From positions 1 to 36,574 of the forward strand of contig CAZIQR010000003.1 of assembly GCA_964541055.1 (NCBI GenBank): 36,574 bases of DNA. The letters run 5' to 3'. Of the stretch, positions 8,458-17,210 are shown piece after piece (position 1 is the first letter of the stretch; every line of letters begins with the position of its first letter). The translations under genes and the position numbers were made by a program. Below the pieces are notes generated by a model. That model was not told the origin of the DNA and did not search any database. It saw only the letters and a list, made by a program, of their open reading frames with translations. Source of the stretch: an uncultured Eubacteriales bacterium. GTDB lineage: Bacteria > Acidobacteriota > Aminicenantia > Aminicenantales > Saccharicenantaceae.

Positions 8458-11400
8458 ATGGACATCGGCGCTCATCCCCCGACCCGCGCGACGGCCGCAG
8501 ACGCCGTGCGGCTGGCCCGGGGGCTCTACGGCTTCGAGGCCCAAGCCCACCCGCTGCCGAGCGAATACGATGACAACTTCCGCCTCGACGCCCCGGACGG
8601 AACATCGCGGGTCCTCAAGGTCATGCACCCGAAGCGGGAGCCCGGCTTCATCGAGATGCAGTGCGAAGCCCTCGCGATATTGGCGGCGAAGGAACCCGAT
8701 CTGGCCGTGCCGCGGGTCGTCCCGACCGGCGCCGGGCGAGCCTGGACTCTCGTCCCCCTTCCGGACGGGAGCGAGCGGATCGTCTGGATGCTGTCCTATC
8801 TCGAAGGCCGGCCCATCGCCGGTATCCATCCGTTCACGCCGGAGCTCCTCGGCGAGATCGGAGAGAGCCTGGCCCGCCTGGACCGCGCCCTCAAAGGATT
8901 CTCCCATCCCGCGGCCGCCCGGGTCCTCAAGTGGGACCTCGTCCGGGCGGGCTGGATCCGGGAACATCTCGATACGATCAAGGATGGGCGGCGGCGGGCC
9001 CTCGTCGAGCGGGTCATGGCCCGCTACGACGCCGAGGCCGTACCGGCCCTCCCCCGCCTCCGCCGCGGCGTCGTCTATGCCGACGCGAACGAGCACAACG
9101 TTCTGGTGCGCGTCGAGCCCGGCCGGCGGGCGCGTCTCGCCGGCTTCGTCGACTTCGGCGACATGATCGAGACCGTGACCGTCGCCGAGGCGGCGATCGC
9201 CGCGGCCTATGCCGCGTTCGGCGCCGCCGACCCGCTCGAAGCCGTGCGCCCGCTCCTCGCCGGCTATAACCGCATCCGCCCCCTCGGCGAGGAAGAGATC
9301 TCCCTCGTCGACATCCTCATCCGCGTGCGCCTCGCCGTGAGCGTCGTCAACTCCGCCTGCCGGGCTGCGGCTGAGCCCGGCGATCCCTACCTCACGATCA
9401 GCGAGTCGCCGGCCTGGGCCGCCTTGGAAGCCTTCGACCGGGTCCCGCCCCGGCTGGCTCACTACGCCTATCGGGACGCCTGCGGCTTGCCCCCCGTGCC
9501 GCACGCCCCGGCGGTCGCCGCCTGGCTGCGGAGGTCGGCCGCCGCCTTGGCCCCGGTCCTCGACCACGACCTGCGCACGGCGCCCGTCGCCGTCCTGGAC
9601 CTCTCGGTCGGAAGCCGCATGCTCGGGGCCGATCCGTCGGAGCTCGAAACGCCGCGCCTGACGGAGACGATCGCGAAAGCGATGGCGGAGGCCGGCGCGG
9701 CCGTCGGCGTCGGCCGCTACGATGAAGCCCGGGCGATCTACACGACGGGGGCCTTCGCGGCGGCGGGAAGTCCGGCCGCCCCGCGCCGGACCGTGCATCT
9801 CGGCATGGACCTGAGCGTGCCGCCGGGAAGCCGGGTCCGGGCGCCCCTCGAGGGCACAGTCCACATCGTCGCCCGCAACGACTTCCCGAAGGACTATGGG
9901 CCGCTCGTCATCCTCCGTCACGCGATCCCGTCCGGGGAAGAATTCTTCACGCTCTACGGGCACCTCGATCCGGCCTCGGTCGCCGGGCTCGGGCCGGGGC
10001 GCGCGATACGGGCCGGCGAAGCCTTCGCCGCGGTCGGTTCCCCGCCCGAGAACGGCGACTGGTGGCCGCACGTCCACGTCCAGATCATCCTCGACCTTCT
10101 CGGCCTCGACGAGGACTTTCCGGGCGTGGCCTCGCCGCACCGCCGCTCGCTCTGGACCGGGCTGTCCCCCGATCCCAATCTCCTCATGGGAATTCCCGCC
10201 GACCGCTTCCCCGAGCCCGAGCCCGACAAGGCGGCGACGCTCGCCGCCCGCCGGAAGCGGGTCGGTCCCAGTCTCAGCCTCTCGTACGCGGACCCGCTCA
10301 AGATCGTGCGCGGCTGGATGCAATTCCTTTACGACGAAACGGGGCGGGCCTATCTCGACGCCTACAACAACGTCCCTCTCGTCGGCCACAGCCATCCCCA
10401 CGTCGTCCGCGCGGTCCAGGAGCAGATGGCGCTCCTCAATACCAACACGCGCTATCTTCATGACAACCTGGTCCGCTACGCCGATCGCCTGACGGCCCTG
10501 ATGCCGGCGCCTCTCCGCGTCTGCTACGTCCTCAACTCGGCCAGCGAGGCCAACGAGCTGGCCCTGCGCCTGGCCCGCGCCCATACCCGCCGCGAGGACG
10601 TCATCGTCCTCAAGCAGGCCTACCACGGCCACACGTCGGGGCTCATCGATATCAGCCCCTATAAGTTCGACGGACCGGGAGGCCGTGGCCGCAGGCCCTG
10701 GGTCCATGTCGCCCCGCTCCCGGACGATTACCGGGGCCCTTACCGGCGCGACGACCCCGAGGCCGGCCGGAAATACGCGGAGGCTGTGGGATGTCTCGCC
10801 GAGGAGGCCGGGGGCCGCGGCGGAGTGGCCGCCTTCATCGCCGAGACCCTGCCGAGTGTCGCCGGGCAGATCGTTCTGCCGCCGGGCTATCTCGACGAGG
10901 CCTACCGCCACGTCCGGGCGGCCGGAGGCCTTTGCATCGCCGACGAGGTCCAGGTCGGCTTCGGCCGCCTCGGCACCCATTTCTGGGGATTCGAGACGCA
11001 GGGGGTCGTGCCGGACATCGTCGTCCTGGGAAAGCCGATCGGCAACGGCTTCCCACTGGCCGCGGTCGTCACGACGGAGCCCATCGCCGCCTCCTTCGCG
11101 AACGGCATGGAGTTCTTCAGCACCTTCGGCGGCAATCCGGTCGCCTGCGCCGCCGGCCTGGCCGTGCTCGACGTCATGCGGGACGAGCGGCTCCAGGAGC
11201 GGGCCCTTCGGGTCGGCAGACATTTCATCGCGGCATTAAAGCGTCAGGCCGAACGCCATCCGATCATCGGCGACGTGCGGGGCTCCGGCCTGTTCCTCGG
11301 GATCGAGCTCGTCCGCGACCGCCGCACGCTCGAGCCGGCCGGGGCCGAAGCGTCTTATATCGTCAACCGCCTCCGCGATCTCGGCATCCTCACGGGCACG

Positions 11401-11523
11401 GACGGGCCGTTCCATAGCGTCATCAAGGTCCGCCCGCCGCTCTGCTTTTCCGAGGCCGACGCTGATCTCTTCGTCTCGACGCTCGACACCGTCCTCGCCG
11501 AAGACCCGGTCCGGACGGGCTGA
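8458..11523 (+). CDS. Tri-domain fusion: APH/hydroxylysine-kinase-like kinase + M23 metallopeptidase domain + class-III aminotransferase of the AGXT2L (phospho-lyase) type
   Basis: 1021 aa with no signal peptide. Kinase: D209-ANEH-N214 and DFGD 232-235. M23: H447-LGM-D451 and H538-V-H540. Aminotransferase fold: [39 protein letters not shown], and PLP Lys859 in [19 protein letters not shown] sits just upstream, 8 nt after the previous stop. Confidence 0.85.
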   Translation: MDIGAHPPTRATAADAVRLARGLYGFEAQAHPLPSEYDDNFRLDAPDGTSRVLKVMHPKREPGFIEMQCEALAILAAKEPDLAVPRVVPTGAGRAWTLVPLPDGSERIVWMLSYLEGRPIAGIHPFTPELLGEIGESLARLDRALKGFSHPAAARVLKWDLVRAGWIREHLDTIKDGRRRALVERVMARYDAEAVPALPRLRRGVVYADANEHNVLVRVEPGRRARLAGFVDFGDMIETVTVAEAAIAAAYAAFGAADPLEAVRPLLAGYNRIRPLGEEEISLVDILIRVRLAVSVVNSACRAAAEPGDPYLTISESPAWAALEAFDRVPPRLAHYAYRDACGLPPVPHAPAVAAWLRRSAAALAPVLDHDLRTAPVAVLDLSVGSRMLGADPSELETPRLTETIAKAMAEAGAAVGVGRYDEARAIYTTGAFAAAGSPAAPRRTVHLGMDLSVPPGSRVRAPLEGTVHIVARNDFPKDYGPLVILRHAIPSGEEFFTLYGHLDPASVAGLGPGRAIRAGEAFAAVGSPPENGDWWPHVHVQIILDLLGLDEDFPGVASPHRRSLWTGLSPDPNLLMGIPADRFPEPEPDKAATLAARRKRVGPSLSLSYADPLKIVRGWMQFLYDETGRAYLDAYNNVPLVGHSHPHVVRAVQEQMALLNTNTRYLHDNLVRYADRLTALMPAPLRVCYVLNSASEANELALRLARAHTRREDVIVLKQAYHGHTSGLIDISPYKFDGPGGRGRRPWVHVAPLPDDYRGPYRRDDPEAGRKYAEAVGCLAEEAGGRGGVAAFIAETLPSVAGQIVLPPGYLDEAYRHVRAAGGLCIADEVQVGFGRLGTHFWGFETQGVVPDIVVLGKPIGNGFPLAAVVTTEPIAASFANGMEFFSTFGGNPVACAAGLAVLDVMRDERLQERALRVGRHFIAALKRQAERHPIIGDVRGSGLFLGIELVRDRRTLEPAGAEASYIVNRLRDLGILTGTDGPFHSVIKVRPPLCFSEADADLFVSTLDTVLAEDPVRTG

Positions 11524-11543
11524 TCCGGCCCGCAAATAATCGC

Positions 11544-11571
11544 TTGTCAACCGGCCCCCCCTGGATAGAAT
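11544..11571 (+). promoter_or_regulatory. Sigma-70-type promoter TTGTCA-16-TAGAAT for the APC permease (leaderless)
   Basis: TTGTCA 11544-11549 and TAGAAT 11566-11571. Only 6 nt (GGGGCC) separate the -10 from ATG 11578, and there is no SD. Confidence 0.5.
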
Positions 11572-11577
11572 GGGGCC

Positions 11578-12945
11578 ATGACCATCAAGGCCAAGCTGAC
11601 CACCTTCGACGCGACGATGATCGTCGTCAGCCTCTGCATCGGCATCGGCATCTTCCGCACTCCGGCCATGGTCGCCGCGGCGGCGAAGACGCCCGCGCTC
11701 TTCTACGGGGCCTGGGCCCTCGGCGGCCTGGTGAGCCTCCTCGGCGCCCTGACCTTCGCCGAGATCGGCGGCCGCTTCGCCAAGCCCGGGAGCTACTACA
11801 AGGTCGTGGCCGAGAACTACGGCTCCGGCTTGGCCTTCATGTTCAACTGGACCAACGTCGTCATCCTCAACGGGGCCGGGGCGGCCGGCGTGGCCCTGAT
11901 CGGCGCCGAGTACCTGACGCCCATCCTCTTCCCGGGTACGGCACCGACGACCATGACCGTCGAGATCACGGCCGTCGTCCTCATCGCCGTCCTCCTCGTC
12001 ATCAATTACCTCGGCATCAAGACCGGGGCCTGGGCCCAGAACGTCCTCAGCATCCTCAAGGTCGTTATGATCGGCGTCCTGGCCGCCGCGGCCTTCCTCT
12101 CGAAGAAGGCTCCGGAGGGCCCGGCCGCGCTGCCGCTCGACCGGCCCTGGTTCTTCGCCCTCGGGGTGGCCTTCATCTACGTCTTCTATGCCTACGGCGG
12201 CTACCAGAACACCATCAATTTCGGGGCCGACGTCCACGACGCCCGCCGCAACGTGCCGCGGGCCGTCTTTTTCGGCATCCTCATCGTCCTCGCCTGTTAC
12301 CTCACGATCAACGTCGCTTACGTCAAGGTCCTCGGCGTCCCCGGCATCGCCGGGGCCAAGCTCGTCGCCGCCGAGACGGCCCGGGCCACGATGGGCCGGG
12401 CCGGACAGCTCGTCGTCTCGCTGGCCATCTTCCTCTCGGCCATGGGCTTCCTCAACGTCACCCTGATGCAGATCCCTCGCGTCTACTACTCCATGGCCGA
12501 GGACCGGACCCTGCCCGGGATCTTCCAGAAGGTCAATCCCAAGACCCAGACGCAGGAGTTCGGCCTGCTCTTCCTCGGCGCCATCATCCTCGTTTCGATC
12601 TTCCTCCTCCGGAAGTTCGAGAACATCGTCAACTACGTCATGTTCCTGGACACGATCACCCTGGCCGTCGTCTCCTCGTCGATCTTCTTCCTGAGGCGCA
12701 AGGCGCGTCGGGCGGGAGAGGTCTACACGGGCTACCGGATCCCCCTCTACCCCGTTCTGCCGATCCTCTTCATCATGACCATGCTGGCCGTGGCCACAAG
12801 CGTCTTGATCACCCAGACCCGCGAGGCGCTCTACGGATCGATCTTCTTCGCCGTGGGTCTGCCGGTCTTCCTGCTGATGCGCCGCTTCAGCCGGCGGCCG
12901 CCCGGAGAGACCGCCGGATCCGCCGAAGAGACGCCGCACGCCTAG
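11578..12945 (+). CDS. APC-superfamily amino-acid permease
   Basis: 455-aa, ~12-TM protein. N-terminal LTTFDATMIVVSLCIGIGIFRTP and FAEIGGRFAKPGSYY are typical of amino-acid/polyamine permeases. It has its own promoter and no SD. Confidence 0.85.
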   Translation: MTIKAKLTTFDATMIVVSLCIGIGIFRTPAMVAAAAKTPALFYGAWALGGLVSLLGALTFAEIGGRFAKPGSYYKVVAENYGSGLAFMFNWTNVVILNGAGAAGVALIGAEYLTPILFPGTAPTTMTVEITAVVLIAVLLVINYLGIKTGAWAQNVLSILKVVMIGVLAAAAFLSKKAPEGPAALPLDRPWFFALGVAFIYVFYAYGGYQNTINFGADVHDARRNVPRAVFFGILIVLACYLTINVAYVKVLGVPGIAGAKLVAAETARATMGRAGQLVVSLAIFLSAMGFLNVTLMQIPRVYYSMAEDRTLPGIFQKVNPKTQTQEFGLLFLGAIILVSIFLLRKFENIVNYVMFLDTITLAVVSSSIFFLRRKARRAGEVYTGYRIPLYPVLPILFIMTMLAVATSVLITQTREALYGSIFFAVGLPVFLLMRRFSRRPPGETAGSAEETPHA

Positions 12946-12988
12946 GCCCTCTCCGCGAATCCCGGCATCCGAGGAGCCCCGCCAGCCG

Positions 12989-12997
12989 TGGTAGAAT
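12989..12997 (+). promoter_or_regulatory. Extended -10 promoter TGgTAGAAT for the pirin gene
   Basis: TGG 12989-12991 plus TAGAAT 12992-12997, followed by SD GGAGGGG and ATG 13015. Confidence 0.45.
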
Positions 12998-13014
12998 AGG
13001 CGCGGAGGGGTGTT

Positions 13015-13932
13015 ATGAAAAATAGCAGGAAGATCCGGAAGGTCTTTGTCAGCCAGCCGACCCTCGAGGGGGCGGGCGTCCATCTCCGCCGCGGCTTCGG
13101 CTTCCGCGAGGTACCGCTCTTCGATCCCTTCCTCATGTTCGACGACTTCCGCCAGGACGACCCCGACAAATACCTGCCTGGCTTCCCCTGGCACCCGCAC
13201 CGGGGCATCGAGACCATCACTTACATGGTCCACGGCACGGCCGAGCACGGCGACAGCATGGGGAACAAGGGCGTCATCGGGCCGGGCGACGTCCAATGGA
13301 TGACGGCCGGAAGCGGCGTCATCCACCAGGAGATGCCGAAGGGGGACGCGGACGGGCGCATGGGCGGCTTCCAGCTCTGGGCCAACCTGCCGGCCTCGCA
13401 GAAGATGAGGGACCCGCGCTACCGGGACGTGAAGAAGGCCGACATCCCGGTCGTGGAGCTCGCCGGGGGAGTCACGGCCCGCGTCATCTGCGGCGCGGTC
13501 GGCCCGACGCGCGGCCCGGTCCGCGACATCGTCATCGATCCCGAGTATCTCGACATCACGATGCCCCGCGGGAGCGAATTCGTCCATCCGGCGAAACCAG
13601 GCTATACCGTTATCGCCTATGTCTTCGAGGGCGAGGGCTGCTTCGCCGGGGACGCCCCGGAATCGTCCTACGAGGTCGAGCCGGCCAGCACCTTCGATCT
13701 CGAGCGGAGACCGGTTCAGGGCGACCGTTCCGTCATCCTCTTCGGCGACGGCGACCGCGTCCGGGCGACGACGTCCGATTCGCCGGTCCGCTTCCTGCTC
13801 CTGGCCGGGCGGCCCCTCGGCGAGCCGGTGGCCTGGCGGGGGCCGATCGTCATGAACACCCAGGAGGAGCTCAGGACCGCCTTCCGGGAGTACCGGGACG
13901 GCACGTTCATCCGGCCCCCGAAGGCCGGCTAG
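13015..13932 (+). CDS. Pirin-family bicupin protein
   Basis: PWHPHRGIETITYMVHGTAEHGDSMGN is the metal-binding cupin motif. The 305-aa length fits the family. SD GGAGGGG at 13004-13010. Confidence 0.9.
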   Translation: MKNSRKIRKVFVSQPTLEGAGVHLRRGFGFREVPLFDPFLMFDDFRQDDPDKYLPGFPWHPHRGIETITYMVHGTAEHGDSMGNKGVIGPGDVQWMTAGSGVIHQEMPKGDADGRMGGFQLWANLPASQKMRDPRYRDVKKADIPVVELAGGVTARVICGAVGPTRGPVRDIVIDPEYLDITMPRGSEFVHPAKPGYTVIAYVFEGEGCFAGDAPESSYEVEPASTFDLERRPVQGDRSVILFGDGDRVRATTSDSPVRFLLLAGRPLGEPVAWRGPIVMNTQEELRTAFREYRDGTFIRPPKAG

Positions 13933-13974
13933 ACCGGGGACAGGGGCGGGTGCTCCGGGTCGATGCCCCTCCGA

Positions 13975-14003
13975 TTGCAAAGCCGCGGGAAAATCGGTAA
14001 TCT
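13975..14003 (+). promoter_or_regulatory. Sigma-70-type promoter TTGCAA-17-TAATCT for the URO-D/MFS pair
   Basis: TTGCAA 13975-13980, a 17-nt spacer, TAATCT 13998-14003, then the SD and ATG 14026. Confidence 0.5.
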
Positions 14004-14025
14004 GAGGGGCCGAGAGGAGGTCCCC

Positions 14026-15285
14026 ATGCCGATGACCAGCCGCGAGCGCCTGGATGCCGCCCTCCATCACCGCCAACCCGACCGCATCCCCATCGACTTC
14101 AACGGCACCGCCGTGACGGGCATGCACGTCAAGTGCGTCATCGGCCTGCGGCGCCATTACGGTCTGGAGGACCGCCTGGTGAAGGTCCACGAGCCCTATC
14201 AGATGCTGGGCTGGATCGACGACGATCTCCAGGCCGCGCTCGGCATCGACGTCGAGGGCGTCTACGGGCCGGACACGATGTTCGGCTACCGCAACGAGAA
14301 CTGGATGCCCTGGAGGATGGACGACGGGACCGAGGTCCTGATGTCCGGGAACTTCCGGACGACGAAGGACGGGAACGGGGACACGCTCGTTTACCCGCGG
14401 GGCGACCGGACCGCGCCGCCCTCGGGACGGCTGCCCAAGAACGGCTTCTTTTTCGACACCATCATCCGCCAGGAGCCCCTCGACGAGAACAAGCTCGATC
14501 CGGCCGACAACGTCGAGGAATACGGCCCGGTCGACGAGGCGATCCTGGCCCATTTCGAGAAGGAGGGCGCCCGGGCCGGCGCCACGGGGAGGGGGATCAT
14601 CGCCAGCTTCGGCGGCACGGCCCTGGGCGACATCGCCCTGGTGCCGGCCCCCGGCCTGACCCACCCCAAGGGTATCCGCGACATCGAGGAATGGTACGTC
14701 TCGACCCTCACCCGCCGCCCCTACGTCCACAGGGTCTTCGAGCTCCAGACCGAGAGGGCCCTGGCCAACCTGGCCCTGATCCGAGAGCGAGTCGGCAACC
14801 AGGCCCAGGCCGCCTTCGTCTGCGGCACGGATTTCGGGACGCAAACCTCGACCTTCTGCTCCGAAGCGGCCTATCGCGAGCTCTATCTGCCGTATTACCG
14901 GCGCATCAACGACTGGATCCACGCCCACACCGCGTGGAAGTCGTTCAAGCACTCCTGCGGCGCTGTCTTCAGCCTGATCCCGGCCTTCATCGACAGCGGC
15001 TTCGACATCCTCAACCCCGTCCAGGTCTCAGCCAAAGGCATGGACGCCCGCCGGCTCAAGGCCGAGTTCGGCCGCGACCTCGTCTTCTGGGGCGGCGGCG
15101 TGGACACGCAGAAGACCCTGGCCTTCGGAACGCCGGCCGAGGTCCGGGCCCAGGTCCTGGAGCGGTGCGAGATCTTCGGCCAAGGCGGCGGCTTCGTCTT
15201 CAACGCCGTCCACAACATCCAGGCCAACGTGCCGGTCGCCAACGTCGCGGCGATGTTCAGTGCATTGAGAGAGTACAACGGATGA
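14026..15285 (+). CDS. Uroporphyrinogen-decarboxylase (URO-D/MtaA-like) family protein of unknown specificity
   Basis: N-terminus SRERLDAALHHRQPDRIPIDF and C-terminus FGQGGGFVFNAVHNIQANVP are characteristic of URO-D-fold proteins found in sugar loci. ATG 14026 follows SD GAGAGGAGG (14012-20). The track's 13963 start would lie upstream of the predicted promoter. Confidence 0.8.
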   Translation: MPMTSRERLDAALHHRQPDRIPIDFNGTAVTGMHVKCVIGLRRHYGLEDRLVKVHEPYQMLGWIDDDLQAALGIDVEGVYGPDTMFGYRNENWMPWRMDDGTEVLMSGNFRTTKDGNGDTLVYPRGDRTAPPSGRLPKNGFFFDTIIRQEPLDENKLDPADNVEEYGPVDEAILAHFEKEGARAGATGRGIIASFGGTALGDIALVPAPGLTHPKGIRDIEEWYVSTLTRRPYVHRVFELQTERALANLALIRERVGNQAQAAFVCGTDFGTQTSTFCSEAAYRELYLPYYRRINDWIHAHTAWKSFKHSCGAVFSLIPAFIDSGFDILNPVQVSAKGMDARRLKAEFGRDLVFWGGGVDTQKTLAFGTPAEVRAQVLERCEIFGQGGGFVFNAVHNIQANVPVANVAAMFSALREYNG

Positions 15286-16616
15286 AAAAGGCCGGCCTGT
15301 ACGTCATCGCCATCACCCTGGTGGCCGCGATCGGCGGCCTGATCTTCGGCTTCGACACGGCCATCGTCGCCGGCGCGACGCGCTATATGAAAGAGCAGTT
15401 CTCGCTGAACTCGCTCCAGGAGGGTTGGGCCGTGAGCGTCGTCCTCATCGGCTGCATGTTCGGGGCCGGCCTGGCCGGACCGATCAGCGACCGCATCGGC
15501 CGGCGCCGTTTCATGCTCGTTTCGGCCGTCTTCTTCCTCGTCTCTGCGATCGGCTGCGCCCTGCCGCGGACGATCACCGCCTTCGTCATTTTCCGGTTCG
15601 TCGGCGGCCTCGGGATCGGCTCGGCGGCCGTCCTCTCCCCGCTCTACATCGCCGAGGTCGCGCCGGCCCGCATCCGCGGCGCCCTGGTTTCGGTCAACCA
15701 GCTGGCCATCGTCACCGGCATCATGCTCGCCTATTTCGTCAACTGGCTCTTGGCCGGAACGGGCCCGGCCAACTGGCGCTGGATGTTCGCCTGCGGGGCC
15801 GTCCCCTCGGTCGTCTTCTTCCTGTTGCTCCTGCGTGTCCCCGAGAGCCCACGCTGGCTGGTCATGAACGGCCGTGAAGACACGGCCCGGACCGTGCTGA
15901 CCCGGGCCGACAGCGCCGCAGCGGCCGAGGCGGGCATCCGCGATATCAAGGGCACGCTGGCCCTCGAGGAAGGCTCGTTCCGCGAGCTCTTCCGCCCGGC
16001 CTTCCGCCGGCCGCTCCTCATCGCCATCGTCCTCGCCGTTTTCCAGCAGATCACGGGCATCAACGCCATCCTCTACTACGCGCCGCGCATCTTCGAGGGG
16101 GCGGGCTTCGCCCGGATGTCGGCCATCGGGCAATCGGCCGTCGTCGGCCTGTTCAACATGCTCTTCACGGTCGTGGCCATCGTCCTCGCCGACAAGGTCG
16201 GCCGGCGCCCCCTGCTTCTCGTGGCCACGGCGGGGATGGGGGTGTCGCTTGTCCTTCTCGGGGCCGCCTTCAAGTTCCAGTTCCTGCCGGCCTCGGCCCT
16301 GCTGCTGATCATCCTGCTCTATATCGCCTTCTTCGCCTCGGCCATGGGACCGCTCGTCTGGGTGGTCATGGCCGAGATCTTCCCCATCAAGGTCCGCGGC
16401 AGCGCCATGGGGCTGGCCACGACGATCCTCTGGCTCGCGGATTTCGCCGTCACCCTGACCTTCCCGGTCATCTCGGACCGGTTCCATCCCGCGGCCGCCT
16501 TCTGGCTCTACGCGGCGATGTGCGCCCTGGACCTCGTCTTCATGGGATTCTTCCTGCCGGAGACCAAGGGCCGGACCCTCGAGGACATCGAGCGCGGCTG
16601 GTTGAAGTCGGCCTGA
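15282..16616 (+). CDS. MFS sugar porter (sugar:H+ symporter family)
   Basis: Motifs GGLIFGFDTAIVAGA, DRIGRRRF, PESPRWL and PETKGRTLEDIE. ATG 15282 overlaps the upstream TGA (ATGA). The long in-frame upstream extension in the track is an artefact. Confidence 0.9.
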   Translation: MKKAGLYVIAITLVAAIGGLIFGFDTAIVAGATRYMKEQFSLNSLQEGWAVSVVLIGCMFGAGLAGPISDRIGRRRFMLVSAVFFLVSAIGCALPRTITAFVIFRFVGGLGIGSAAVLSPLYIAEVAPARIRGALVSVNQLAIVTGIMLAYFVNWLLAGTGPANWRWMFACGAVPSVVFFLLLLRVPESPRWLVMNGREDTARTVLTRADSAAAAEAGIRDIKGTLALEEGSFRELFRPAFRRPLLIAIVLAVFQQITGINAILYYAPRIFEGAGFARMSAIGQSAVVGLFNMLFTVVAIVLADKVGRRPLLLVATAGMGVSLVLLGAAFKFQFLPASALLLIILLYIAFFASAMGPLVWVVMAEIFPIKVRGSAMGLATTILWLADFAVTLTFPVISDRFHPAAAFWLYAAMCALDLVFMGFFLPETKGRTLEDIERGWLKSA

Positions 16617-17210
16617 TCACTTCGCGGGCAGCGCCTCGGCCAGCTTGACGACGGCCCTGTCCATCTCTTCGACGAGGATCCCGGACAGGACGGCCGGCAG
16701 GAATTGCGGCTTCCGCGCCCCGAGCGGCAGCCTCCGGTCGAACGAGTGCCGGGCCAGGACCCGGCCGGACTTGAAGTCCAGGAACTCAAGGTCCATGGCC
16801 AGCCGGCCGAACCAGACCTTGGGATTGTCGATCTCCTCGACGAGCCGGACGTTGGAGCGCAGGACCAGGCTCGGATCGCCCTGCAGGACATCCATCGTGA
16901 CCCGCGAGAAGCCTTCCTTGCGGATCAGATAGTCGCTCATCGCTTCGCGGAAGAGGTCGCCCGGCTTCTTGGCCCAGTAGACGGTCGAATAGTATTTCAG
17001 CTCGAACGGCGAAACCCGGTAGAGGACCCGGAAGTCGTCGTAAAGAGGATCGACGCGGACCGGCTCGACATAAAGGGCCTGGCCGATCGAGGGGTGCATC
17101 TGGGCGTCCTTCTCCAGGGGCACGATCTGGAAATACCTTTTGCTGGGGGCCGAAAAGCACCCGGCCAGCAGCAGGACGACGGCCAGGGGAAGAGCGAGTT
17201 TCCTCATCAT
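16617..17210 (-). CDS. ABC-transport auxiliary lipoprotein (PqiC/YmbA, DUF330-like)
   Basis: Signal peptide with lipobox MRKLALPLAVVLLLAG-C. It is ~195 aa and lies last in the Mla-type operon. Its start overlaps the MlaD stop (ATGA). Confidence 0.7.
   Translation of the reverse strand: MMRKLALPLAVVLLLAGCFSAPSKRYFQIVPLEKDAQMHPSIGQALYVEPVRVDPLYDDFRVLYRVSPFELKYYSTVYWAKKPGDLFREAMSDYLIRKEGFSRVTMDVLQGDPSLVLRSNVRLVEEIDNPKVWFGRLAMDLEFLDFKSGRVLARHSFDRRLPLGARKPQFLPAVLSGILVEEMDRAVVKLAEALPAK

Noticed and set aside
8446-16487. Long - strand ORFs 8446-11223 (925 aa), 11236-14952 (1238 aa) and 14895-16487 (530 aa).
   Set aside because: All are antisense to genes with clear family signatures (the fusion enzyme, APC permease, pirin, URO-D, MFS). 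They have the same biased composition and no motifs, so they are shadow ORFs.
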